NCBI GenBank assembly: GCA_964270895.1 | Contig: OZ185441.1 | Strand: one strand, 5' to 3' | Length of the DNA stretch: 64,000 nucleotides | Source of the DNA: Podarcis filfolensis | Lineage: Eukaryota | Shown here: positions 63,801 through 64,000 of the stretch, piece after piece | Layout of the letters: each line of letters opens with the position of its first letter | How positions within the stretch are numbered: position 1 is the stretch's first letter | Notes under the pieces: generated by a model | The model's input: only the letters and a program-made list of their open reading frames with translations | Databases searched by the model: none | Told to the model about the DNA's origin: nothing | Position numbers and translations under genes: made by a program

Positions 63801-64000
63801 CTAAAAATACAAGTCAGGAGAAAGACACAATCAAGCATACAACCAGTGTATAGTACATAGAGAAAATTGAATTCTGGGTCTCAGAATCAGGCAAGCAAAG
63901 CAAAGCCAAGCCCTTAGATAGAAACCAAGACTTTTATGTCATTTGCCCAGTATGGTGGAACGCTCTGTCAACAGAGGTTCAGCAGACACCTTCTGTTTCA

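Noticed and set aside
1-64000. Remaining short ORFs (60-160 aa) in the ORF track; CRISPR, rRNA or operon-type features
   Set aside because: They lack domain motifs or splice-consistent context, or are TE remnants. This is vertebrate intronic DNA with no repeat-spacer arrays or rRNA similarity.

Overview
Squamate reptile genomic DNA, most likely a lacertid lizard (inferred from a Sauria SINE and squamate-type MITEs). The + strand carries the 3' part of ANKHD1: 20 coding exons at 11374-54271, all flanking introns GT-AG. They join in frame to 5432 nt (about 1810 aa) and encode a coiled-coil exon, the second ankyrin cluster, a basic/acidic tract, the KH domain and the low-complexity tail ending IWPGTWAPHIGNMHLKYVN*. 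The - strand carries the last three coding exons of SRA1 (61888-63800), tail-to-tail with ANKHD1. Introns contain L2, CR1 and L1-like LINE remnants, SINEs, and hAT and Tc1/mariner MITEs. No novel biological system is demonstrated by the sequence alone. The best leads are: (i) a decayed XPG-like coding fossil resembling Academ DNA transposons; (ii) several unannotated-looking terminal or poison exon candidates in the intron after the coiled-coil exon, one of which would give ANKHD1 a tail-anchor-like C-terminus; (iii) no intact EIF4EBP3 in the position it occupies in human; (iv) a CR1 3' end inserted in the anticodon loop of a tRNA-Lys-derived element, forming a perfect 60-bp inverted repeat with a neighbouring young CR1. 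All homology calls come from recalled sequences, not database searches.
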